Shown in pieces: positions 26,664-37,270 of a stretch of DNA of 56,890 nt (position 1 is its first letter; every line of letters begins with the position of its first letter). Under the pieces are notes generated by a model. The model ran no database searches and was not told the origin of the DNA. It saw nothing but the letters and a program-made list of their open reading frames with translations. This DNA comes from Octopus bimaculoides (Eukaryota). The position numbers and the translations under genes are program-made. The stretch lies in contig NC_068989.1 of assembly GCF_001194135.2 (NCBI RefSeq), positions 3,498,035 to 3,554,924 of the forward strand. Direction: 5' to 3'.

Positions 26664-26956
26664 AAAATTCCGAAGAGTTCTTCCCCTACCATCAGAAGCC
26701 TGGATGGAAATGTCTGGCAACCATTTCTGTCATCAACATGAAACGAGTGGTTCTTCAAAGAAGTCTAAAACCAGTTCAGTTTCTAGTACCAGTTTGTCAC
26801 CCAAACCTGGTGATTGTCTGGTCAGTGATTTGTACTTTCTAGTGAATTCTACTGATCTCAGCCCTACGTCTCTCATCAAAAAGATGGACTCCACTCAGTT
26901 GGTGTGCAGAAGATGTCGAACAGAGCTTGGTACTTGCTTACCATCCTGTGGAGATG
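26664..26956 (+). CDS. UBE3D: UBE3D exon 3 (HECT_2 domain core)
   Basis: Acceptor TTCCTGTAG|A, donor G|GTGAGT; RVLPLPSEAW...FCHQH...PKPGDCLVSDLYFLVN...VCRRCRTELG matches UBE3D motifs (RVLPLPSENW, CCH, DCFIGDSFFLVN, ICKRCKVMLG). Confidence 0.95.
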
Positions 26957-27581
26957 GTGAGTTAATTTCTCAGATTTTGAATTATCATTTTCTCACTCTT
27001 GTCTTTCTCTTCTCTCTGAAAATGTGTGATATGTATGTGTGTGTGTGTATATATATATATATAGAGAGAGAGAGAGGAGAGTATTGTAGTTCGCTAGAAG
27101 CATTGTGTATTGTTTGTGAAATATAACATGTCTTGAATGGCACAACAATGCATAATGGGCCATAATAACTGTTATAATTCAATTATTCATTGTCTGATAT
27201 AATATTTTCGAATATAAAAATTCCTTCTTCAGGCATTAAGACAAGAGGTTATGTCCCTTCCTTGATGTTTTTAGATTTGAACACATCCAAAGGACGTTCT
27301 TGCTTTCTAATTGCAAAACAGTCTTAGTTGATTGAAAGGTTCACATACATACGTTTTGTCTTCCATTTTGCCTTTGCTGCATGCTTCAGACAGCTAACTG
27401 CAGCAGATTTTCTACGGCTGGTACCATCCATTATCTGTTTCTAAGCATAATATTTCTCCGTGACTAACATGCTTTCACAGAATTTTGGAAATGAAGGATA
27501 ACGATTTACACCTATTGTATGATGTCAAGACAAAGCAACACAAACATACACATACCCACATGTCCATACTCTCTCACACAC

Positions 27582-27615
<34 letters not shown>

Positions 27616-27696
27616 TGATAATCTTCTTTCAGTTTTCATTGTTAGCTTTTTGCATATTATTATTATTAATATTATTGTTGTTGTTGTTGTTTATAG

Positions 27697-27805
27697 CCTC
27701 TCAAGATAACGAGCCTGGCAGATTTGTTTGCAAGATTTATTCCTACACCATCAACATGACGAATCTAATCAACTCTGTAACTGAACCTCTCACTGGTATA
27801 AACAG
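27697..27805 (+). CDS. UBE3D: UBE3D exon 4
   Basis: Acceptor TTATAG|CC (phase 1), donor AG|GTGAGT (phase 2); ASQDNEPGRFVCKIYSYTINMTNLINSVTEPLTGINR. Confidence 0.85.
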
Positions 27806-28534
27806 GTGAGTTATTATACTTTCCTTCTTCTTCTTTTATTGGTGCTTCCAGTCATTTGCCAGTTGCCATTGTGGGGTACAGAGCTTTAGAACTTGAAAGG
27901 TTGGAAAGCAAGGTCAACCTCAATGGGATTTGAACTCAGAGTGCCGTGTGCTGGGGCAAAATATTTTGCACACTTCATTTCACTTTGCTCCAGTCCATTC
28001 AGCTGTAATGATTAATCTGTGAAGGGCTAGCTTCTCATCCAGGGGGAATGTTGTGATCTTGGTCACTTATATGCTATGGAAATTAGATAACCGTCCTTAT
28101 GAGTCTTATGTCTTGGGGTTGTTGATGATGATGATGATGTGATCTTATATGTTCTTTTATTTTGACTTCTATTTCTAGTAGGTCATTCGCTCAGGCATAC
28201 ATATAGTGCCATTATGTTAAACTGTCGTATGTCCTAATTTTTATTTTTGCTTGCAATAACAGGTTCTTTTGGTCTGCAGATGCCAAGATATGAAAATTGC
28301 CAAAATGTAGTCCAATGGTTTTGCTATGAAATGGTGAAAGTGATTTTTCGTTTTCTGAAAAAAGAACGTTTTGGACTTACAACACTTTTGCATAATAGCA
28401 ACAATATATATAATCCTGCACAAGTGCATGTGTCTTGTATATGTATGTCATATTTATCAGTACAGCTCTATGTATCGATGTATATATAATGGTGTTTATA
28501 CGTAGTGCATACTTTGATATTATTCTGCTTTTAG

Positions 28535-28658
28535 GTGGACCTTTACGGAAGAGTCTTATTTGGCCAGTTATCTCTTAGAACAGAGTCGAATCTACACCAG
28601 TTTCAAATTCATCATTGAATCTTCAAAATCCGACAACCAGCCAGCCATCACCTGCTTG
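28535..28658 (+). CDS. UBE3D: UBE3D exon 5
   Basis: Acceptor CTTTTAG|G, donor TTG|GTATGC; RWTFTEESYLASYLLEQSRIYTSFKFIIES aligns with UBE3D ...SVIAQCLVQLSSARSTFRFTI. Confidence 0.9.
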
Positions 28659-29106
28659 GTATGCTATAAGTTTGTGCTTTGTTTTTCGTAAAAATTGACA
28701 TTGTTATTATGATCACAGAGAATGTAACTCAAATACAGGAGAGATGGTCATGTTCTCAATAACATAAAAGAATCATTATTATTGCTGCAACTAAGGTAGC
28801 AAAGCTGACAGAATCCTTAACATCCCAGATAAAACGCTTAGCAACATCTCGCCCATCTTTGTCCCGAGTTCAAATTCTGTTGAGGTCAACTTTGCTCTTC
28901 ACCCTTTCAGGGTCAATGTAATCGACTTACCCCTTCCTCAATTGCTGGCCTTGTGCCAAAATAAGAAAGGCTGCATCTCCCCTCAGCATCCGAACTGCCA
29001 CACCCACTTGTCTTCTCCCACGGTGCTGGCACTTATCAAGTATCTTAGCATCATGGAGACCATGCCTCTCGATATGTATATAAAGATAAACATTTATTTC
29101 TTGTAG

Positions 29107-29267
29107 GTTTGGTTGTTAGATACCATTCAAGTGTATGAACTCAACGATATTCCAACTGCTGCTGAACATAAGCATGTCCACGAACTGTCCTTGGAACCAG
29201 AAGTACGACAGAAAATTCTTTATCAGGCTGAAATAAAGGGTGTTCCTAAGTCTTCCAATAAAGAGAG
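29107..29267 (+). CDS. UBE3D: UBE3D exon 6
   Basis: Acceptor TTCTTGTAG|G, donor AG|GTAAAA; VWLLD...QKILYQ matches the LWLLN...VKVLYQ motifs. Confidence 0.9.
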
Positions 29268-29309
29268 GTAAAAAAAATTTAGTTTTATCTTTTATTTTAA
29301 TACAGTTCT

Positions 29310-29588
29310 ATATTTAAGAGATGATGAATTATGTACATTATTTACATTTGACGGATGTTTGTCCTCATCTTGTTTGTTGTTGACACAACGTTTCGGCTGA
29401 TATACCCTCCAGCCCTCATCAGGTGTCTTGGGGATATTTTGAACCTGGGTTATCATCGTCGTTGTTGTTGTTTTTGTTGCTCAGGTTACTGCCTGGCATC
29501 GAACTCGGACGTATGCCGTACTGGTTAAGAGTGCGGGCTACTAACCCCAGGATTCCAAGTTCGATTCCAGGCAATGACCTGAATAATC
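29310..29588. mobile_element. Same family: hammerhead-bearing arm plus tRNA-like centre, in UBE3D intron 6
   Basis: Arm matches 24842-25000; centre has A-box-like TGCCGTACTGG (29514-29524) and B-box GTTCGATTC (29559-29567) between 25-bp inverted repeats. Confidence 0.85.
29382..29427 (-). ncRNA. Minimal type I hammerhead ribozyme (Penelope-type)
   Basis: Minus strand GACAC-CUGAUGA-G-GGCUG-(10 nt)-CAGCC-GAAA-CGU-U-GUGUC: 5-bp stem I, full core, 5-bp stem II, palindromic ACGU in place of stem III. Confidence 0.8.
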
Positions 29589-29823
29589 AGTTTTTGTTCT
29601 CAGAGACAAATGTAAAGGCAACCAACAAGTCAAAAACTGTTATTCAAAAATCTGCCATTTACAGTCAAAACTTATACATTTGAGGCTTCCACATCAGGGA
29701 AGGCTATTTCTCTTATACTGTCTGGTATGATTCGAGTCACATCAGGAAACCTACCCATGCCAGCATGAAGAACAGACATTAAATGATGATGATGATGTGT
29801 TATTTCTGTTTTGTTTTTCTCAG

Positions 29824-29977
29824 GAAAATTGCTGAAGAAGTTCTGAAACTCTGGAAGTCAGATGTTTCTGTTCATATGCTGACCCTTTCACCTCAACTGA
29901 CCACAACGTTGCTACGCTATTTAATTTGCAGCACCAATTCTTTGCCATTCTCCTGTCGAAGGATTAATGAATTTCAT
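29824..29977 (+). CDS. UBE3D: UBE3D exon 7
   Basis: Acceptor TTTTCTCAG|G, donor CAT|GTAAGA; LWKSDVSVHMLTLS...STNSLPFSCRRINEFH matches LWESDISVHPLTLP...SNANLPSSLRRVNSFQ. Confidence 0.95.
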
Positions 29978-30253
29978 GTAAGAACAATTTTTTTTCTCTA
30001 TTTGTTTAAATTGCACTGATAATAATGAAAATAACAAAGGAAATAGGTTTGGTTTGGTCAAAATTAGTGTGGCTGTCTGTCATAGCTTTGCTTGTTCAGA
30101 AATGACTTGTATCAAAACAACTTGTACCATAGATTTCAGATCAAAATCCATTAACTGATACTTCAACATCTCATTAATATATTTCTATAATCTGTTCAAA
30201 TGACAATTTATTTGAAGATATTAAATCTCTCTTTTTTTTTTGTCATTTTTCAG

Positions 30254-30277
30254 GTTGGTTTCTTACGTCCACCCTAA
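30254..30277 (+). CDS. UBE3D: UBE3D exon 8 (terminal coding exon)
   Basis: Acceptor CATTTTTCAG|GTT; VGFLRPP* corresponds to the vertebrate terminal VAFLKM*. Confidence 0.85.
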   Translation, partial: VGFLRPP

Positions 30278-30499
30278 AATCCAAAGATGTTCAGTTCTAT
30301 TGACTGTTTACAAATGTCTGTGTTATTGAATTTTTATTGAAGACACTGAGCTGGTTGAATTGTTAGCATGACAGACAAACTGCTAAACACAAGTGTTTGC
30401 ACATGCATGCGTGTGCACACACATACACGTTAGCCTCACACATACATCCATACACATAACAATAATATACACATCCATACACATGCACACACATAATAT

Positions 30500-30895
30500 C
30501 ATCATCATCACCATCGTCGTTTAACGTCCGCTTTCCATGCTGGCATGGGTTGGACGGTTTGACTGAGGACTTGCGAGCCAGAAGGCTGCACCAGGCTCGA
30601 ATCTCAATCTGATCTGGCAAAGTTTCTACAGCTAGATGCCCTTCCTAACGCCAACCACTCCAAGATTGTAGTGGATGCTTTTACGTGCCACTGGCACGAG
30701 GGCCAGTCAAGCGCTACTGGCAACAACCATGCTCAAAAGGTGTTTTCTATGTGCTACTAGCACAGGAGCCAATCTGGCAGCACTGGCAATGACCACGCTC
30801 GAATGTTGTTTTTTCACATACCACCAGCACATGTGCCAGTTAGGCGACGCTGGCAACGATCGCGTTCGAATGGTGCTTTTTGCGTGCAACCGGCA
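30500..30895 (-). mobile_element. Element with RTE-like (GAT)n 3' tail and internal ~60-65 bp tandem repeats
   Basis: Tail CCATGCCAGCATGGAAAGCGGACGTTAAACGACGATG also at ~600-643, ~5560-5603, ~29750-29795; about 3 degenerate CTGGCAACGACCACGCTCGAATGGTGCTTTT units. Confidence 0.7.
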
Positions 30896-32533
30896 GGGGA
30901 GCCAATCAGCAAAATGTAATATCACCCCACATAACACATACACTAGGATACTTGTACACTTGCACATATATGCACACACACATACATACCAGTACATGTA
31001 ACACACAGCACTCCACATAATGTATGCACTGGGTCACTTATTCACATACACACACACACAGGTCCACTATTTTTCAGCTTGCCCTCCCATACATACACGT
31101 TCACCTCCATTCATACATACGCAATCACACACAAAAACACGAGCAAATTCATTTGACTGGGTTGCCATCATTATCTTCCTTCCATTCAGCCTCTTCTGGT
31201 TATTTCATCCTGTTGAACTGTTAAACCCTACACATTTTTTTTTTCATTCTCTCTCCTTTATTTTTCATATTCCTTTCTGTTGAAGAGCATATGCTCAAAA
31301 CGTAAAAGACTTTTCCATTCTTCTTGAGTGTTAACTAATACACCTGCATCTGGTTCCTACACCTAAATTTGAACTAATATATATACACACACATATACAC
31401 ACACACCAGAGTAAGCACATAGATGTGAAACAAGGTGAAAAAAATAGTACTCAAATACCAGAGGTAGAGTAATATACTTTCTGTTCCATTCTAAACAAAA
31501 CTGTCTGATGAACGGGAACATGAAACTCTGAGTAACAGTTTTTGTGATGTTTCTGCTGCTTTTCAATAAAGTATATACATATATTCATATACAAACCTAA
31601 AGGTGTATCTTTTTAACCCAATCTGAAGAGGTTCTTCCCCGCCCATTATTTTAGTCATATTTATTTATTCTTTATTGGGCTTAATTGAAACAGCTGTAAG
31701 GGTCTATATTTCATTTTTGCTGATAATAAATCTTTATTAAATGCTATATCTCCATTTTCTTATTTTTGATATATATATGAAATTTACTGGAATTAGAGAA
31801 ATGAATATTACATTTTGCTAGAACCATTCAAGAATGGCCTGGTATGCAATATAGCACACAATGGAAAAACTAAACGATAGAAATAGCTGAAACTAGGCAG
31901 AAACAAGAAGAGACAAAAGGGTTAAGGAAAATTTGAGAAAGACAAAAAAAAAATGGGGAATCAGAAATAAAGAAGACGAGGGGAAGTGGTTAAATAGGAA
32001 GGGAAGCGACTACAGTAAAATAGATTAAAGTTAATGTGTGTTGGCTTTTGCACAATTCACTTGAAGGTTGGCATTCAATAATGAAATGTTGAACTTTAGG
32101 TTTGATAACATGGTTGAAACTTTGGACTTTCAAGTGATGCCTAATTGAAACATTGTGTACTGTCAAGATAACATCCTGACTATAAAATATTCTGCCAGTT
32201 TTGTCTGTTATGTATTAACACCAGCTGTGAGTACCACAACTCATTTGCGGACCAAGTCGGTTTAAAAGTGCAACATGTCTCAGTATTATTCATAATCTTC
32301 ATCTTGCGTAGTTTGTTTTTATCTATGGACCCCTTTGATCCCTATTTTATTCTGCTGCTCCTGCCATCCATTTCTATGTTTAAAAAAAATCCCATTATAT
32401 TTCCATAATTAAATATTAAGAATTGTATATAAAAAAAAAAGAACATTTGGTGCCACTTTGGCGTGTGATCTACAGTTTAAAGGGAGATTACTGTGGGTTA
32501 CTTTTTAGTTTTCTTTGTGTTAGTGCCACTTTC

Positions 32534-32692
32534 GTGGAGGTGCAATGGCCCAGTCGTCAGGGCAGCGGACTTGCGGTTTCGATTCCTAGACCAGGCGTTG
32601 TGAGTGTTTATTGAGCGAAAACACCTAAAGCTCCACGAGGCTCCAGCAGGGGGTGGTGGCGAACCCTGTTGTACTCTTTCACCACAATTTTC
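32534..32692 (+). mobile_element. SINE family A, 5' part
   Basis: GTGGAGGTGCAATGGCCCAGTCGTCAGGGCAGCGG head plus shared body. Confidence 0.8.
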
Positions 32693-34714
32693 ACTGCCAG
32701 GCCAGGGATCACTGGTAATTGTCCATAGGTCCCAGCCCGAATATTGTCCTGAACAGGCGGGTCAAGTGTCCTTCGTTNNNNNNNNNNNNNNNNNNNNNNN
32801 NCCCCCCTACCCCACTAATCCCCTATAGAACGCCTTCGTGAAATTGAAGTCGTACAAGTTTGGTCCCTGACGGCAGATAGATAGATGGGCATGAAAAGGT
32901 AGACAGACACATAAATTTCTTTATTAGGCACGCAGAGCCAAACACAGAGGGGACAATACAGTGTAGAATTTTTTCTTTTCGAAAACGATCAAAAGGGATC
33001 GAAAACATTTTGGGATGTGTGCACAAGGAAATAAAAGTGTTGTTTTTAACAATTAGAGTTCTCAAAATGGGGAGTAAATATAACATTGACTAGGTTTATC
33101 CATGGAAAGAAAAACCTGCGAAAAAGAACCACGGTAATCTCGGAAAGGAAAAAAAAAAGTAACAAGACAGACAGACAGATAGATAAACGGACAGTATACT
33201 GTATATCTAGCTTGACATAATCAATTCCGTTAAGCAGAGAAACAGGATTAAAATTGTAATCTCATCGAAATTAATAATCTTGTGAATTATGTTGTCAAGA
33301 TTTAAGTTGCAAAAACTGTGACCAAAGCTTTTAAGCCTTTCATTACCTGTCGCTTATATTGTTGTTGTTGTTGCTTACTTTTCGTTTAGTTATTTGCATT
33401 GTTTGTTTATTCCTTTTTATATGCTCAATACAAAGTTATGCCAAGTCTCTTAGTCTTCAGGATGGTCATTATTCTTCTCACGCAAAGGAAGGATTACGCA
33501 AATGTTCGAGTAATTTTTAAAAAATTGTTTCTTGTGAGCACGAAACATTGTTTTGTATTTTCTGTTGTACAACTTACAATAGAAATTGTGGTGTATCTCG
33601 GGAGGGTCACTATGCCAATAATAAACACACGCACTGATTCTATTGTTCAAAACAGAAGAGCTAAAATATCCGAACGTTTTAAAGAACAATAACCAAAAAA
33701 CTGTAGCTTCCGAACGCAGAGTTTTAGATCCAAAATATTTTAACAACAGATACGATGTGAACAAAACCATTTTGACTCATTCTCAAATGTCAGCTCCAGT
33801 CTAAAGCTGTACGAATTTCTTTCATTCGAAGATACGTACCACAAGTATGGTAAATACAAATGTTGAACAACTGACCATCAGCAGAGTATTTAAATTCATG
33901 ATTACCAATTGCAGGTGTTCCATTTATCCTAATTTGTCCATTTTGTGCCACATTTTTGAAATGTTTCACATCACTAGCACCGCTGAGGAATAATCGTTTA
34001 GTCAACTCACGCGCTTACAATCGTTCAACAATCGGTCGTGATAGATTATTTAGGTTAGCTATACTCTCCACTGAGACACACTTGGTAAAAGAGGTGAATT
34101 GTAATATAATAGGAATTGATAGCTTTTGTGCAAGTACATGATAGTGGGTAGGGTATTGCACTCACGATCCCAAAAATGTGGTTTCGATTACCGGTCGGGG
34201 CAGTGCGTTGTGTTCTTGAATTCTTCATTTCACGTTATTCCAATCCACTTTGTTGTAAATGAGAAACCCCATTGATACAAAGATACAAAGCTTCGTTTTT
34301 GGAATGTAGATAATAAAGACAATGTCACACATTAAACTTGAGAAAAGTCTTGCATATTTTTACTGTTCCACTTACAGGTTGTATTTGTAATGTGCGAGTC
34401 GGTTGATTGTTTTCCCGAAGATCCAAGCTAATCTAGACTGTGAGATAAGCATTCATTCAGAAAGCCACGTGTCCCAGTTATTTTTGGTATAGATGTGAAT
34501 TTATGATCTGGATATAAAAGCAGGTTTTGAAGCAGTTCTATGTATGTCATCATTCAGTTTATATCAAGATTTCTTGCCAATAGAGAAAGGGTCGGTTTCT
34601 AACCTAGATCCAATGTTCCTTCATTGGAATTTCAACCTCAACAACAGGGTATTTTTGTAAGTATGTATTCAATAAGGAAAGGAAAAAAAAAGGGTAATAT
34701 TTTATTATATAAGT

Positions 34715-35235
34715 GAGCATGGCTGTGTGGTTAAAAAAGCTCGCTTTGCAATCCTACGATTTCAGGTTCAACTGCGCTGCACTTTGACCGAGTGTCTTCT
34801 ATTATAGCTGCAGGTTAACCACTAGCGTAGCTGGTGGTGGTGGTGGTGGTGGGTCCGCCTCAGGTGGCACTTTTCATCCTGTTGTAGGCTATTGCAGTAG
34901 GCATTATGTGTTTTTTGTGGAGTCCTGGGGCGGAAAACGGAAGGGCCACGCACACTCTAGCTACGCTAGTGGGGCCAAGCAACACCTGAGTAAATGTAGT
35001 AAACGGAAACTTCATTGAAGCCCATCGTACATACGTACATATACACGTGTGTGTGCGCGCGTCTTTGTCCCCTTCCACCGCTTTACAACCGGTGTTGGTT
35101 CGTTCGCATCCTCGTAACTTAGTGGTTCGGCCAAGAGACCGATACTATAATAAACATTGGTGTCGATTAGTTCGACTAATTTCTTCAAGGCATCGCTCCA
35201 GTATGGCTGCAGTCCAATGACCGTCACAAGTAAAA
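34715..35235 (+). mobile_element. SINE family C, full-length, interrupted by a MITE
   Basis: Head GGCTGTGTGGTTAAAAAGCTCGCTTTGC...GGTTCAA, central microsatellite, tail GCTCCAGTATGGCTGCAGTC. Confidence 0.75.
34819..34972. mobile_element. Small MITE (hAT-like ends) nested in a SINE
   Basis: 14-bp TIR CCACTAGCGTAGCT / AGCTACGCTAGTGG; one end recurs at 46799-46860. Confidence 0.7.
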
Positions 35236-35714
35236 GATAGAACCGAAGTTACTCTTAGTTCGCGCTAATCAAGACTCTCGGATTAACAATAGACAGCCGA
35301 GAATAATGTGGGTCGACTGAAAGCGTTGTGAATGAAATGGGGGTAGATGAAAACTGATAGCAATACAAAATATATTCAACATTTTAATATTCGTAATTTG
35401 AGAATCGCAGTCGGGTTACGTTGACACAAGATCATACGAGATTTCATCAGCAAGCGAGTTGGCAGTAATAATAAGAGAACTTGTTACTGATTTCGTGGCC
35501 GCGGATCGGACCTCACCAATATCGTAGGTGTTGCAGACATTTCTATCTCAGGTTAAATGCTTAATTTATGAAACATTGTTAACTTCCACGTAGTTTTCCG
35601 TTTCAAAGAAGGTGACACGTTAGTTATGTGATGTTTGACTTCTATTTCTAGTGTTTTTAACGACCATCTGGGGGCTTTCTCGTTGTTTGTGTAATAGGGT
35701 TTTACGTGGAGTTA

Positions 35715-36660
35715 AATAAATGCGGAAAGTAGGAAGAAGAGACAGCGATAAGAATGAGAGAGAAAAGGCTAGAGAGAGGAGAAAGAGAGAGATAGAGAGA
35801 GAGGGACGAAGAAAGAAAGAGAAAGGGGTGAAGAGAAGATATACGTGTAGAGAAATCTTGGAAATGGAATAAAGATCTAGCGAGAGAAAAGCAAGTAAGA
35901 GAATAGAAATTGAAAGCAGGATAGAGAGGGAAAGAGAGAGAGAGAGAGAAGGAAACAAAAGTAGTGAGGAGAACGGAGAGAAGGAACATTGAATATGTGG
36001 CGGAGAAGAAAGAGAAAGTGTAAGAAAATAAAGAAATCGAAAAAGATAGCGTAAGAGAAAAAGAGGGAGGGAGAAAAAAGGAATAGGCAGAGAATAAGAT
36101 GGAATGAAGTTTAAAGGACGAAATATAGTTTAAAAGGAATCTGAAGGAGAAATGGTGAGAGGGAAATACATGTGTTTGATAGAGAGTGAAATGTAAGCGA
36201 TTGTGAGTGAGGGAATGAGGAGAAGAGGAAGAATGAATGAGTAGGAGTATAGAAGTGATAAGATAGAAGCTTAGATTAAGAGAGGGAGAGAGAGTGAAGG
36301 AGTGAGTGAGTTCACGCGAAAGAGAGATAAGGAAAAAGAGTGAGTGAAAACATGTTTGTGTGTCTGCGTGTGCGCACGTGTGGTAGTGAGTGATTGATAA
36401 GAGCAAATAGACTAAGACGAAGGGGGAGTAAGAGGAAGAGAGAGAGAGACCAGGAGGGAGACAGAAGTGTGTGTGTATGTATGAAAAGAGAGGGAGAGAG
36501 AAGAAAAGACTGAATGAGAGAGTGATTAAGAAAGAGAGAGAGAGAGTGGTTGCATTTGTGTAAGGAAGGCAATGAGATTGAGCAACAGAGAAAGTGGAAA
36601 ATGTTAAATGAAAAAGTTCTGAGGGGAAACTTTAGTGGAAAACGAACTAAAGACAAACAG
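35715..36660 (+). repeat. ~0.95-kb purine-rich (GA) low-complexity tract
   Basis: Plus strand almost exclusively G/A over long stretches. Confidence 0.85.
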
Positions 36661-36929
36661 AATGTCCTCCACGGAAATGTCTAACTGAGAGGAAAGTTAT
36701 TTGATTTGTAAAACGCCACAAAACTGGAAATATCAACAAACCATTGATTTACCTGGAGAAGCTGTTTTCAAAGGCAAGTTGTCAGGTTTTTTTTTCTATT
36801 ATTATGATTCTCTGTCGTAGTCAGGCAGTCTGTCTGTCTGTCTGTCTTCTGTCTGTCTGTCTGTCGATCTCTCTCTCTCTCTCTCTCTCTCTCTAAGTCT
36901 GTCAATCTGTTTGCCTGTCTATTTCTTCC

Positions 36930-36970
<41 letters not shown>

Positions 36971-37102
36971 CTCTGTTTGTCTGTATGTCTGTCGTCTATC
37001 AAAACCTTTACCCATAACACACACTTATAATTTGTACACACACACACACACACATTATCCTTTCTATCAATTTATCGAATCAACTCTGATTGTTGTCCTG
37101 CT

Positions 37103-37143
<41 letters not shown>

Positions 37144-37270
37144 TCACTCTCACACACGCACTCATTCCTTTTACACACACGCACGCACACACACTACCTT
37201 TCGATCGACATTGTGTGTGTTATTTGTCTTCCAATTCTTCCAATTCTTTCTTTTTTCCATTCTACAGTAC

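Noticed and set aside
29505-29572. Functional tRNA gene
   Set aside because: A/B-box-like motifs are present, but there is no complete cloverleaf or acceptor stem and it sits in a repeat; treated as a SINE head.
35620-36656. Hydrophobic Leu/Ser/Phe-rich minus-strand ORFs resembling membrane proteins
   Set aside because: Artefact of the GA-rich tract: CT-rich strands lack stop codons.
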